Assembly: GCA_016704325.1 (NCBI GenBank)
Contig: JADJAG010000005.1
Span: forward strand, 135,860 to 199,859
From: Chitinophagaceae bacterium
GTDB lineage: Bacteria > Bacteroidota > Bacteroidia > Chitinophagales > UBA10324
Reading direction: 5' to 3'
DNA length: 64,000 nt
The translations under genes were made by a program, and so were the position numbers. Shown here one piece after another: positions 29,730 to 40,710 of this stretch. Within the stretch, counting starts at the first letter, position 1. Every line of letters starts with the position of its first letter. Under the pieces are notes generated by a model. It saw nothing but the letters and a program-made list of their open reading frames with translations, searched no databases and was not told where the DNA came from.

Positions 29730-30722
29730 ATGACTCAACACACTGATGAACCAATATTGAAAGAGAATAAAGATCGCTTTGTATTACTGCCGATCAAGTA
29801 TCCTGATATCTGGGAAATGTATAAAAAACATGAAGCCAGTTTTTGGACAGCCGAAGAAATTGACCTCTACCAGGACCTTAAGGACTGGGATTCACTTACT
29901 AAGAATGAAAAGCATTTCATCACCCATGTGCTTGCGTTTTTCGCTGCAAGCGACGGTATTGTTAATGAGAACCTGGCCACCAATTTTATGGAAGAGGTGC
30001 AGATTCCGGAAGCACGTTGTTTCTACGGTTTTCAGATTATGATGGAAAACATACATTCAGAAACCTATGCTTTATTAATTGATACGTATGTGAAGGATGT
30101 GAAAGAGAAAGACCGGTTGTTTCATGCCATAGATACTGTTGAGTGTGTTAAGAAGAAAGCAGAATGGGCACTGAAATGGATTTCAAATGGCACCTTCACC
30201 GAAAGGCTGGTTGCTTTTGCAGCGGTAGAAGGTATCTTTTTCAGCGGCAGTTTCTGTTCCATCTTTTGGTTGAAGAAACGCGGACTGATGCCGGGCCTTA
30301 CTTTTTCCAATGAGTTGATTTCACGAGATGAAGGGTTGCACTGCGAGTTTGCGACACTACTTTATAGTAAGATTCAGAATAAACTCTCCAAAGAGCAGGT
30401 GTATAAAATGATTGGTGATGCTGTAGAAATTGAAAAGGAGTTTATCGGTGATGCTTTACCGGTTGACCTCATTGGCATGAATGCAAAACTGATGAAACAG
30501 TATATCGAATTTGTTGCCGACCGCTGGATTGTTGCACTTGGTTATCCGAAGATGTACAATGCATCTAACCCATTTGATTTTATGGAGATGATTTCCTTAC
30601 AAGGGAAAACCAACTTCTTTGAAAAACGGGTAGGTGACTATCAGAAGAAAGGGGTGTTGGGCAATGAAAAGAAAATGGAAGTATCGGGTGATAGTGCCTT
30701 TTCACTGATCGAAGATTTTTAG
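29730..30722 (+). CDS. nrdB: Class Ia ribonucleoside-diphosphate reductase beta subunit (R2).
   Basis: The di-iron/tyrosyl motifs [34 protein letters not shown] and ISRDEGLH are present, and the C-terminal tail is ...SLIEDF. Confidence 0.95.
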   Translation: MTQHTDEPILKENKDRFVLLPIKYPDIWEMYKKHEASFWTAEEIDLYQDLKDWDSLTKNEKHFITHVLAFFAASDGIVNENLATNFMEEVQIPEARCFYGFQIMMENIHSETYALLIDTYVKDVKEKDRLFHAIDTVECVKKKAEWALKWISNGTFTERLVAFAAVEGIFFSGSFCSIFWLKKRGLMPGLTFSNELISRDEGLHCEFATLLYSKIQNKLSKEQVYKMIGDAVEIEKEFIGDALPVDLIGMNAKLMKQYIEFVADRWIVALGYPKMYNASNPFDFMEMISLQGKTNFFEKRVGDYQKKGVLGNEKKMEVSGDSAFSLIEDF

Positions 30723-30835
30723 CATACTGATTGACCTTAATGGTAGATAAAACGCATCATCTGCAAAGTATAAAATAAATTACTTCGCTTTTTATGCAGA
30801 ATTAAACCCATCATCACTATTTAACACCTCCTGTT

Positions 30836-33284
30836 ATGTTTGTAATCAAAAGAGATGGCAGAACAGAAACTGTAAAGTTCGACAAGATCACTGCCCGCAT
30901 AGAGAAGTTATGCTATGGCCTCGACCAGGAACATGTGGAACCTATCCTTGTTGCCAAAAGAGTGATTGAGGGAATCTACGATGGTGTTACCACCACGGAG
31001 TTGGATAACCTTGCAGCAGAGACTGCCGCTTCTATGACGGTGCGTCATCCGGATTATGCATCACTTGCCTCACGCATAGCCGTTTCCAACCTGCATAAGA
31101 ATACCAAAGAAATCGTTTTCGGGCGCGATGTATGATTTGTATCATTACGTGAATCCGAAAAATGGCAAGAAATCACCTTTGCTTGCAGATGATGTGTTTG
31201 AGATAATTGCAACTCATGCAGATGTGCTGGACTCGAGCATTATTTACGATCGTGATTTTCAATTCGACTACTTTGGATTTAAAACACTGGAGAAGTCATA
31301 TCTCTTAAAAGTAGATGGCCGCATTGCAGAGAGGCCGCAACATATGTTTATGCGCGTCGCTATCGGCATACATCGCAACGATATTGAAGCGGCAATAGAA
31401 ACCTACAACCTCATGAGTGAACGTTGGTTCACGCATGCTACGCCTACCTTGTTCAATGCAGGTACGCCGAAACCACAGATGTCATCTTGTTTTCTATTGA
31501 CCATGAAGGAAGATAGTATCGAAGGCATTTACGACACGCTGCGTTCCTGTGCGCAGATTTCCCAATCGGCAGGCGGCATCGGATTGAGCATTCATAATAT
31601 TCGTGCAACAGGATCTTACATTCGCGGCACCAATGGCACATCGAATGGTATTATCCCCATGCTTAGGGTGTTTAATGATACTGCGCGCTATGTAGATCAG
31701 GGCGGTGGTAAAAGAAAGGGATCATTTGCTATTTACCTGGAACCCTGGCATGCTGACATCTTTGAGTTTTTAGAATTGAAGAAGAATCACGGCAAAGAAG
31801 AAATGCGTGCACGTGATTTATTTTATGCACTCTGGATTCCCGACCTGTTTATGAAACGTGTGAAGGAAAATGGCATGTGGCCATTGTTTTGTCCGAATGA
31901 AGCGCCGGGATTAGCGGAAGTACATGGAACTGCTTTTGAAACACTCTTCACGAAGTATGAAGAGGAAGGCCGCGCCCGTAAAACGGTTAAAGCGCAGGAT
32001 TTGTGGTTTGCCATAGTACAATCGCAGATTGAAACCGGCACACCTTATATGTTGTATAAGGATGCCTGCAATGAAAAGTCGAATCAGAAGAACCTGGGTA
32101 CGATCAAGAGTTCCAATCTGTGTACTGAGATTGTAGAATATACGGCGCCTGATGAAGTAGCGGTTTGTAACCTTGCTTCCATTGCACTTTCCCGTTTTAT
32201 TAAGGATGGCGCATTTGATCACAATAAATTATTTGAGGTAACGAAAGTGGTTACCCGTAATCTCAATAAGATTATTGATGGAAATTACTACCCGGTAGAG
32301 GCTGCACGCAAATCGAATATGCGGCACCGCCCGATTGGAATCGGTGTGCAGGGACTTGCAGATGCATTCATTCAATTGCGGTTAGCGTTTGATTCTCCGG
32401 AAGCGCAGCAACTGAATAAGGAAATTTTTGAGACGATCTATTATGCTGCTGTTACTGCGTCAAAAGATCTTGCAGCGGAACACGGTGCCTATGAAACGTA
32501 TGAAGGTTCGCCGATGTCGAAAGGTATTATGCAGTTTGATATGTGGAATGTAATTCCGGGCAATCGCTGGGATTGGGAATTTTTACGTGAGGAAGTGAAA
32601 AAGCATGGTGTAAGAAACTCGCTGTTACTCGCACCGATGCCTACTGCTTCTACTTCACAGATACTGGGTAACAATGAATGCTTTGAGCCTTATACTTCAA
32701 ACATCTATACACGCCGGGTTTTGTCGGGCGAATTTATTGTGGTAAACAAACACCTTCTAAAAGATCTGGTGAAACTCGGAATCTGGAATAATGCTTTGAA
32801 AAATAAAGTGATTACTGCAAATGGATCAGTGCAAAACATTCCGGAAATACCACAATCGATTAAAGACATTTACAAAACAGTATGGGAGATTAAGCAGAAA
32901 GTAGTGATAGATATGGCAGCAGATCGTGGTGCATTTATCTGCCAGTCGCAGTCGTTGAACCTGTTTATGCAGGAGCCCAGTGTTTCAAAGATCACCTCCA
33001 TGCATTTTTATGGATGGGAAAAAGGATTGAAAACAGGGATGTACTACCTGCGTACCAAGTCGGCTGCAGATGCAGTTAAATTCACGATAGAAAAAGAACA
33101 TGTGGAAGTGGTACAGCCGGCTGTAGAGGAAGAGGCAACAGTATATGCCAGTGTTACTGCAACTGCTGAGGTAACCGTTGTATCCGCAGTACAGAATGAT
33201 GTAGAAACAGAAATGGTCAATTATAAAGAAGGCGAGGCCTGTGTACTGGATGAAAACGGTAATTGCTTAATGTGTGGATCGTAA
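30836..33284 (+). CDS. nrdA: Class Ia ribonucleoside-diphosphate reductase alpha subunit (R1). As assembled it is frameshifted at GAAA 31109-31112 (ORFs 30836..31135 and 31128..33284).
   Basis: The ATP cone is [22 protein letters not shown], the catalytic motif is [11 protein letters not shown], and the C-terminus has CLMCGS. Removing one A gives [26 protein letters not shown], which parallels the eukaryote-type R1 sequence ...[23 protein letters not shown]. Confidence 0.92.
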
Positions 33285-33348
33285 TTAAGATCTCGACAAG
33301 TATCATTTTCGTATAGTAATGTGAGTTGTTTTTAGTTTTTTTTAGCAG

Positions 33349-33382
33349 CAGCGCAGCCGGAGGGTTGCGCTGTTTTTATTTT
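33349..33382 (+). terminator. Rho-independent terminator after nrdA.
   Basis: CAGCGCAGCC-ggag-GGTTGCGCTG (10-bp stem, one G-U pair) is followed by TTTTTATTTT. Confidence 0.65.
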
Positions 33383-33497
33383 ATGGCAGGTTGCCGGTAT
33401 TCTGCACCTGATATCAACTACTTCATCACAAAAATTTCGAACAATAGCCTCCCTGCAATAGCTTTCGATTTTATTATCAAACAATTGCTGCAGTGCT

Positions 33498-34385
33498 ATG
33501 GATTTAATCATTAGTAAGCTGGCGAAGACCTATTATAATGGTGTTAAGGCGCTCGACAACATTAACCTGCAAACAGGAGCCGGTATGTTTGGGTTGCTGG
33601 GTCCGAATGGCGCCGGCAAATCAACGCTGATGCGCACCATTGCCACTTTACAGCAACCGGATTCGGGTACCATTATTTTTAACGGGATTAATGTTACTGA
33701 AGAACCGGCCAACCTTCGAAAAATACTGGGTTATCTGCCGCAGGAGTTTGGAGTCTATCCGCGCATGTCGGCTGAAGAACTGCTAATTTATTTTGCTACA
33801 TTAAAAGGAATTGCATCTAAAGCAGATCGTTCCAGGATTGTTGCTGAAGTGCTGGAACTAACTAACCTGTATGATGTAAGGAAGAAAAGCGTGGAAGGTT
33901 ATTCCGGCGGTATGAAGCAGCGTTTTGGAATCGCGCAATTACTTCTCAATAATCCACGACTGATTATCGTAGATGAACCTACTGCAGGACTGGATCCGGC
34001 TGAGCGAAACCGGTTTCTGAATATTCTCAGGGAAATCGGCAACAGCAGTACTGTTTTATTCTCTACGCACATTGTGGATGATGTGAAGGAATTGTGCAAT
34101 GATATGGCTATCATGAATGGCGGCAGGTTGCTGAAACAGGCAGCACCTTCAAATGCCATTAAAGAGCTGGAGCATCAGATTTGGACAAAAGACATAGCCC
34201 GGGAGGAGTTAGCACAATTTGAAACAGCCTATATGGTGCTTTCTTCAAAATACAATGCAGACAATTCAATCAATATAAGGGTTTATGCGCAATGCGAAAT
34301 ACTGCAAGGTTTTCTAAAAGCAGCACCGCAACTGGATGATGTGTATTTCCATAGTTTAAAAAATGAGGAGGCTCGTTTAAATTAA
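33498..34385 (+). CDS. ABC transporter ATP-binding protein.
   Basis: Walker A is GPNGAGKST, the signature is YSGGMKQR and Walker B is LIIVDEPTAGLD. Confidence 0.92.
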   Translation: MDLIISKLAKTYYNGVKALDNINLQTGAGMFGLLGPNGAGKSTLMRTIATLQQPDSGTIIFNGINVTEEPANLRKILGYLPQEFGVYPRMSAEELLIYFATLKGIASKADRSRIVAEVLELTNLYDVRKKSVEGYSGGMKQRFGIAQLLLNNPRLIIVDEPTAGLDPAERNRFLNILREIGNSSTVLFSTHIVDDVKELCNDMAIMNGGRLLKQAAPSNAIKELEHQIWTKDIAREELAQFETAYMVLSSKYNADNSINIRVYAQCEILQGFLKAAPQLDDVYFHSLKNEEARLN

Positions 34386-34392
34386 ATCATTC

Positions 34393-37300
34393 ATGTTCAT
34401 TACGATCTATTGGTTCGAAATAAGGTATTGGCTGCGTAATCCTTCGGTTTACATCTATTCCATAATCTTATTGCTGATGGCAACGGTTATTATGGCCGCT
34501 TCCGGAGGCATCTTTGGTGAAGGATCTTCTTCCGGAAATATTGCCAATACGCCAATGAGTCTGTATTCACTGACGGCCTTCTTTACGAAGTTTCTGTTGC
34601 TGTTGATTCCTTCAGTTATTGGAAATGCTGTTTACAGAGATTATAAGCATGAGGTGCATCCGGTTTTGTATTCTTATCCGATAGGGAAGCGTGCTTATTT
34701 GTTTGGGAAGTTTCTGAGTGCATACACGGTGGTATGCCTGATTGCTTCCATGGTTGGAATAGGATTGTTTATCGGCACACAGTTACCGGGAGTTGATAGC
34801 AAATTGATTCTGTCGTTTGATTTCAGTGTTTACCTCCACCTTTATTTTGTTTACCTGTTTCCGAACCTGCTTTTTTTTGGAGTAGTGGTGTTTACCATCG
34901 TCATTGTTTCCAGGAATAGTTATGCTGGTTTCATTTCCATTGTTGTCTTGCTCATTGCAAGGGAGATATTGACGCGCATCATCGGATCAACTGCGGACGG
35001 AAACTTCATGTATATGCTTGAGCCACTCGGTGAATCAGCCACGGATTTTTATTTGCAGGGGCTCACTAACTCAGAACAGCAGCAAATGAGTCTTCCTTTT
35101 GGCAGGACCATACTGTTAAACCGGTTATGCTGGATAGCCATCACACTCACGCTGTGGGGTATGATGGTCCGCAGTTTTTCATTCAGTCAGCATGGCATTA
35201 TTTTTTGGAGCATGAGCAGGAAAAGCGAACGAAATACCAGGAACAACTTTGGTAGTCTTGCTAAGATAAAATTAGCTGAAGTCGCATTGCGCTTTGATTT
35301 TTTTCAACAACTAATAACTGCCTGGCGTCTGTCTGCATTTGATTTTAAATACATCATCCAAAGCAGATCTTTTATGATTGTATTAGCGGTCGGAATTTTG
35401 TTTACACTGCTGTTGCTGTTGCAGATGAATCCGCAATACGAAACGCATATCAGGCCACTTACCTGGGTTATGCTGGCATTCCCTGTTTTCTTTTTTTCAT
35501 TGTTTATCAATTTAATGACCTTTCTGTATGCAGGTGTTTTAGTGCACCGGTCAAAAATTGCAGGTATGCATCAGTTGGCAGATGCAACAGCAGTAAGCAA
35601 TTGGGTGTTGACATTTTCAAAGTTTTTGGCATTGATAAAGATGCAGGTCCTGCTGCTGGCGATTATTATGGTTGCCGGTATTGTTGTACAGGCATACAAC
35701 AGTTACTATCGGTTTGAGATCGGCCATTACCTGTTTGATCTGTATGGAATTCACTTCGCAGGTTTCCTGATATGGGCATTTGCAGCATTGTTTATACAAA
35801 CAATTTTTACCAATCCATTCCTTGGCTTGTTCATGCTGATACTCTTTTCTTTTGGAATGAATGAATTGCCGCAACTTGGAATTGAGAAGGCTGTTTTCAG
35901 GTTTAATCAAAACCCTGAGCCGGATTTTTTTCTGAAGTATTCTGATCTCAGTGGATATGGATTTTCTTTAATTCCTTACTTCCTGTATAAAGCATATTGG
36001 TTGTTGTTAGGGATGGTACTTTTTTTTGGAAGTGTATTATTATGGCAAAGAGGTTTGATGGAATCTTTTAGGGAACGATGGGATGTTTTTAAGTTTCGCT
36101 TCACCGGTTCAATTGCTTTTGCTATTGTTGTGCTGTCTGTTTTGTTTCTTTTGATGGGTTGGAAAATTTATTGTGAAGAGAGAAGAAGTGTCACCATGCT
36201 TTCTGACCGAGAAGAAAGGAAGATAACAGAGGAAGCGGATATCAGGTATAAGCAATACATCTTGTTCACGCAACCAAGAATTGAAAAGGTGAAGGTTAAT
36301 ATGGATATTTTCCCGGCATCACTCAGTTTTTCGGCTTCAGGTATTTATTCAATAAGAAATAATTCCAACAAAAGTATTGACACGTTGCTGGTCAACTACG
36401 CTTTAAATGTGACTACCCAATACAAACTCAACCGGCCATTTCAGATTGTAAGCAGGGATACCGTTGCACATTTTGACATTTTACGTTTACCTGCCAGCTT
36501 ATCACCCGGCGACAGTATGGAATTAATATTTGAAGTGTGTAATATTCCAAATACACTTCTTCATAAGAATTCAATAGTAGAGAAGGATGGTACTTTTATC
36601 ACATCTGCCATTTTTCCGGGATTAGGTTATCGTCCTGCACATTCCAATTTTGATCCGGCTGATAGTGCAGCGCTTAATAATCACTACCGCTCGATAGATG
36701 CAGACCGGTTGGACTTTGAAGCGATAGTCAGTACGGCTGATGACCAGCTGGCCATTACTACCGGTATTTTGAAAAGGGAATGGAAGCATCGTGGAAGAAA
36801 TTATTTTCACTACAAATCAGAAGGAAAAGTCACCAATGATTTTTCTTTTAACTCAGGTTGTTATGAAATTGAAAGGGATAACTGGAGGGGCATTGACCTT
36901 GAAATTTATTATCACAAAAGCCATACGTACAATTTAAATCACATGATGGCCGGCATGAAAGCATCACTGGCTTACAATGAGAAATATTTCAGTCCATACC
37001 AGCACAGTATATTGCGTATTGTTGAATATTCACGTACGAAAGGAGATTATGCGCAATCTTTTGCAGGTACCATGCCATTTTCTGAGGTTGGCTTTATCAC
37101 AGATGTAATTGATTCAGGAAAAACAGGATTAAATCTTCCTTTCCTGGGTGCAGCACATGAAACAGCCCATCAATGGTGGGGAATGCAGGTTACGCCGGCA
37201 GATGTATTGGGAAGCAGGATGGTGACGGAAAGTATGGCGGAGTATGTTTCTCTTAAAGTGTTGGAACATAAGTATGGAAAAATCCGGGCACAGCAATTTC

Positions 37301-37998
37301 TGAAAAAAGCGCTGGAAATTTACCTGAGCAGAAGAATGACGGATGAAGAAACCGAGCAGCCGTTGATGTATAATACCGGACTCAACAAAAGCCATATTCC
37401 TTACCAGAAAGGAGCACTGGTGTTATTTGCTATGAGTGAGTATCTTGGAGAAGATAAGCTGAATGAAGCACTGAAGTTGTATTTGGAGAAAGTGAAATTT
37501 CAACATGCTCCTTATACCAATTCAATTGAGATCGTAAATGCTATCGATAGTGCTACACCGGACTCGTTGAAATATCTGATCAACGATTTCTTCAAAACGG
37601 TTACATTATATGATAATAGTATTCGCTCAGCCAACTCCACTGCCCTGGAAGATGGTAAATTCGCGGTAGAGATAGATTTTTTGATCGCTAAATACAACAC
37701 AACAAGAGCTGGAAAAAGAAATTATCAGGATACTTCATGTCAATCGTTGAACTATAAATCACAAGACATGGAGAAGCCTTTTTACTCACTACCTTTGGCT
37801 GACTACATAGAAATCGGTGTCTTGGTGGAAGGAGCAGCAAATGAAAGGGAAGGTAATTACACGGTGAAGCGGTTTAAGATCAATAAGATGCTTAATAACG
37901 CAACGATCATCACAGAAGGTAAACCGTTGGAAGTTTTCATCGACCCATACCTGAAGCTGATTGATGTAAATCCGGCAGACAACAGTCAAAAACTTTAA
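34393..37998 (+). CDS. ABC-2-type permease fused to an M1-family (gluzincin) aminopeptidase domain, 1201 aa.
   Basis: The N-terminal roughly 600 aa are polytopic membrane segments. The zinc site is HETAH at 37156-37170, followed by ...VTESMAEY (HExxH-x18-E). Confidence 0.85.
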   Translation: MFITIYWFEIRYWLRNPSVYIYSIILLLMATVIMAASGGIFGEGSSSGNIANTPMSLYSLTAFFTKFLLLLIPSVIGNAVYRDYKHEVHPVLYSYPIGKRAYLFGKFLSAYTVVCLIASMVGIGLFIGTQLPGVDSKLILSFDFSVYLHLYFVYLFPNLLFFGVVVFTIVIVSRNSYAGFISIVVLLIAREILTRIIGSTADGNFMYMLEPLGESATDFYLQGLTNSEQQQMSLPFGRTILLNRLCWIAITLTLWGMMVRSFSFSQHGIIFWSMSRKSERNTRNNFGSLAKIKLAEVALRFDFFQQLITAWRLSAFDFKYIIQSRSFMIVLAVGILFTLLLLLQMNPQYETHIRPLTWVMLAFPVFFFSLFINLMTFLYAGVLVHRSKIAGMHQLADATAVSNWVLTFSKFLALIKMQVLLLAIIMVAGIVVQAYNSYYRFEIGHYLFDLYGIHFAGFLIWAFAALFIQTIFTNPFLGLFMLILFSFGMNELPQLGIEKAVFRFNQNPEPDFFLKYSDLSGYGFSLIPYFLYKAYWLLLGMVLFFGSVLLWQRGLMESFRERWDVFKFRFTGSIAFAIVVLSVLFLLMGWKIYCEERRSVTMLSDREERKITEEADIRYKQYILFTQPRIEKVKVNMDIFPASLSFSASGIYSIRNNSNKSIDTLLVNYALNVTTQYKLNRPFQIVSRDTVAHFDILRLPASLSPGDSMELIFEVCNIPNTLLHKNSIVEKDGTFITSAIFPGLGYRPAHSNFDPADSAALNNHYRSIDADRLDFEAIVSTADDQLAITTGILKREWKHRGRNYFHYKSEGKVTNDFSFNSGCYEIERDNWRGIDLEIYYHKSHTYNLNHMMAGMKASLAYNEKYFSPYQHSILRIVEYSRTKGDYAQSFAGTMPFSEVGFITDVIDSGKTGLNLPFLGAAHETAHQWWGMQVTPADVLGSRMVTESMAEYVSLKVLEHKYGKIRAQQFLKKALEIYLSRRMTDEETEQPLMYNTGLNKSHIPYQKGALVLFAMSEYLGEDKLNEALKLYLEKVKFQHAPYTNSIEIVNAIDSATPDSLKYLINDFFKTVTLYDNSIRSANSTALEDGKFAVEIDFLIAKYNTTRAGKRNYQDTSCQSLNYKSQDMEKPFYSLPLADYIEIGVLVEGAANEREGNYTVKRFKINKMLNNATIITEGKPLEVFIDPYLKLIDVNPADNSQKL

Positions 37999-38000
37999 GG

Positions 38001-39041
38001 ATGCAGCGTGGCGGACAATTTATTATGAAGGAATGGATGGTAATGAGTTTATTCTGGGCATTCTACTTTTTTATGGCAGTATTTGGGCGCGGAACGTACT
38101 GGACTGAAATGGGTACCATTAATCTTATCATGATCGTTGTTTCATTTCCGGCTACTTTTTATGTTAATGCCTATGGCCTGATGCCGGCATTACTTAAAAA
38201 GAAGCGATGGATAGTCTATGTATTGACACTGATTTTATTCTTGATTTTTCTCGAGTCTGTCAGAGTTTTGATGTACGGCTTTGATGCGCAATCTTTGAAT
38301 GCGGATGGAACACAACAGGCAGCCGCTTCATTCTTTGGCAGACAAAATATTTTTCCATCTTTCTTCCTGGGATTTATTTGTTCAATGGGATATGTTACCA
38401 TGCGTGACTGGTTGCTAAATATTGGAATCATTGAAAGATTGAAATCTGAGAAGATGACTGCAGAGCTGGCTTTCCTAAAATCGCAGGTTGATCCACACTT
38501 CTTATTTAATACGCTTAACAACCTGTATGCCATGGCCCTGGAAGAGAAGGGTTTTAAGACAGCTGATGGCATTGCACAACTGGGAGGCTTAATGCGTTAT
38601 AACCTGCATGATGCACAGGAAGAATTTATCAGTATCGGTAAGGAGATTGAATACATTGAGAAGTATATTGCTTTGCAACAGTTAAGGACCAATAGTAATA
38701 ACGTGATCAAAGTGACTATTCAAAAAAATGATCCTTCCGGTTACGCGTGTAAAATAGCACCCATGTTGCTGATACCTTTCATTGAGAATGCATGTAAGTA
38801 TGGTATTAGTCCTTCCGAAGAAACATTGGTTATTATTCAATTGAGAGTTGAGATTAAGCGCCTGTTATTGACAACGGAGAATACGATTGTAGCAGGCATG
38901 AAAATTATGAAAGGCAAGGGTATTGGACTTCAAAACGTAAAAAGCCGGCTTGAACGATTGTATCCCGGCAAGCATTCACTTGAAATAGCTGAACGCAAGG
39001 GAGTGTTTATTGCTAAACTGGAAATAAATTTAGCATCATGA
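38001..39041 (+). CDS. LytS/YehU-type membrane sensor histidine kinase.
   Basis: There are N-terminal TM helices, the phospho-acceptor region is QVDPHFLFNTLNNLYAMA, and the ATPase-domain motif IPFIENACKYG is present. Confidence 0.85.
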   Translation: MQRGGQFIMKEWMVMSLFWAFYFFMAVFGRGTYWTEMGTINLIMIVVSFPATFYVNAYGLMPALLKKKRWIVYVLTLILFLIFLESVRVLMYGFDAQSLNADGTQQAAASFFGRQNIFPSFFLGFICSMGYVTMRDWLLNIGIIERLKSEKMTAELAFLKSQVDPHFLFNTLNNLYAMALEEKGFKTADGIAQLGGLMRYNLHDAQEEFISIGKEIEYIEKYIALQQLRTNSNNVIKVTIQKNDPSGYACKIAPMLLIPFIENACKYGISPSEETLVIIQLRVEIKRLLLTTENTIVAGMKIMKGKGIGLQNVKSRLERLYPGKHSLEIAERKGVFIAKLEINLAS

Positions 39042-39727
39042 TTAAATGTATTGCTGTAGACGATGAACCCATGGCACTTGAGGTGATCAGGAATCACATC
39101 TCAAGAGTAGATTTCCTTTCATTGGAAGAAACTTTTACCGACCCTTATAAGGCCATCTCCTATGTGAATGATCATGAAGTTGACCTTGTGTTCCTGGATA
39201 TCAGCATGCCCGGCATTAACGGTATGCAACTTTCAACCTGTTTTACTAGACAACCTTACCTCATTTTTACTACAGCACACAGCGAGTATGCATTGGCAAG
39301 TTATGAATTAAAAGCAATCGATTATTTATTGAAGCCATTTGATTTTCCACGTTTCCTGGCTGCTGCAAATAAAGTAAAGGAAAGGATGAGTGAAACGGTA
39401 AAGTCAGCCGCCGAGTTCTTTTTTGTGAATACAGGAAATCAAAGGCAGCGGATTTTTTACAAAGAAATTACACATATTAAAGGAGATGGAAATTATGTTA
39501 CCTACTATACTGCTAAAGGTAAAATACTTGTAAGGGCATCCATGTCGGAAACAGCAGTACAATTACCGGCATCTATGTTCGTACAAATCCACCGTTCAAC
39601 CATTGTAGCCCTTCAATGGATCGAGAAAATTGAGGACCAGCATGTTTACATTGAAAAAGAGAGGTTGCCGGTTAGCGCTACCTACCGTGACAAGTTTATG
39701 GATGTTGTAAATTCATTGCAGAAATAG
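39038..39727 (+). CDS. LytTR/AlgR-family response regulator.
   Basis: The receiver domain is IAVDDEP...DLVFLDISMPG...KPF. The C-terminal LytTR domain is ...ITHIKGDGNYVTYYT...HRSTIV. The start overlaps the kinase stop by 4 bp. Confidence 0.9.
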   Translation: MIKCIAVDDEPMALEVIRNHISRVDFLSLEETFTDPYKAISYVNDHEVDLVFLDISMPGINGMQLSTCFTRQPYLIFTTAHSEYALASYELKAIDYLLKPFDFPRFLAAANKVKERMSETVKSAAEFFFVNTGNQRQRIFYKEITHIKGDGNYVTYYTAKGKILVRASMSETAVQLPASMFVQIHRSTIVALQWIEKIEDQHVYIEKERLPVSATYRDKFMDVVNSLQK

Positions 39728-39788
39728 TAAGAAGCTTAGCACAAAATGGTATAGACTTCCATCTTATATTCCGAAGTGAAGGTCAATT

Positions 39789-40259
39789 TCAATTTACATA
39801 TTTCTTCAGTTCCTCAAAAAACAATTCAAAGTCGCCGGTTTCACGATGCAGAATAAGATTGCTTTTGGTATCGCTGAAAACCAGCGTGAAATATTCATTG
39901 TCTTCAAAATCGCTGAAATGGAATTCCTTAACATCATTCCATAAAAATGTTTTGGCAACATTTGTATGTTCTTTTTTAGCATTGATGCATTGCAGGTGCA
40001 GGCCGGAATCGGTGATAGTAAATTGGTAAGTTTTTGCAAGAGAGTGGTAAACTACCAATCCAATAAATACCGATGGCAGAAAAAGAAAGAAGATCCAGGG
40101 AACAATGAGAATGACTGACTGTTGCACGAGCAGGTTCCAGTCGAGCAAAACAGGTTGAAGCGCCTGGATGAGTATTGCATTCAATATCACAATTACCAAT
40201 AGTGCCAATGCAAACCATTGATACGATTTAGGTTTATGTGCTCGAAATTCAAAGGACAT
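39789..40259 (-). CDS. Hypothetical membrane protein with two TM helices and a small C-terminal domain.
   Basis: The only evidence is the ORF and its hydrophobic segments (WFALALLVIVILNAILI and ILIVPWIFFLFLPSVFIGLVVY). I recognise no family. Confidence 0.5.
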   Translation of the reverse strand: MSFEFRAHKPKSYQWFALALLVIVILNAILIQALQPVLLDWNLLVQQSVILIVPWIFFLFLPSVFIGLVVYHSLAKTYQFTITDSGLHLQCINAKKEHTNVAKTFLWNDVKEFHFSDFEDNEYFTLVFSDTKSNLILHRETGDFELFFEELKKYVN

Positions 40260-40296
40260 AGAACAATGTACCGATGATTGGCGGAAGAAAAAAATA

Positions 40297-40677
40297 TTAT
40301 TGAACAGGCTGTATCATTACCGACGTGTCACCCGTGGCCCGTGCAGAATCAATAATGTGTTGTATTTTCCGGTAGGTACTGCTGATATCGGTATCAATGG
40401 CATTCACTGTATCATTTACGATTACGATCAGTTGATTTTCGCCATAATACCATTCTTCCGTTTTTGTCTGCAAACCGGTTTCATCAGTTACAGTTCCAAC
40501 GAAAATTTTCTTATCAGGAATTCCTGCTGTTTCCAGGACCTCGATATAATTCATACCGATTTTAACTTTTGACAAGGAAGATGGAGCAGATCCGGATTTA
40601 TTGCCGGTGTTATTACAGGAAAAACAAAACAGTGTCATTGCAACGGAGAAGAAGATGATTCTGATAGAACAATTCAT
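40297..40677 (-). CDS. Hypothetical lipoprotein.
   Basis: The signal peptide has a lipobox-like motif: FFSVAMTLFCFSC. Confidence 0.5.
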   Translation of the reverse strand: MNCSIRIIFFSVAMTLFCFSCNNTGNKSGSAPSSLSKVKIGMNYIEVLETAGIPDKKIFVGTVTDETGLQTKTEEWYYGENQLIVIVNDTVNAIDTDISSTYRKIQHIIDSARATGDTSVMIQPVQ

Positions 40678-40710
40678 AAAAGCTCATTCACATTCATGTA
40701 AACTAATTTT

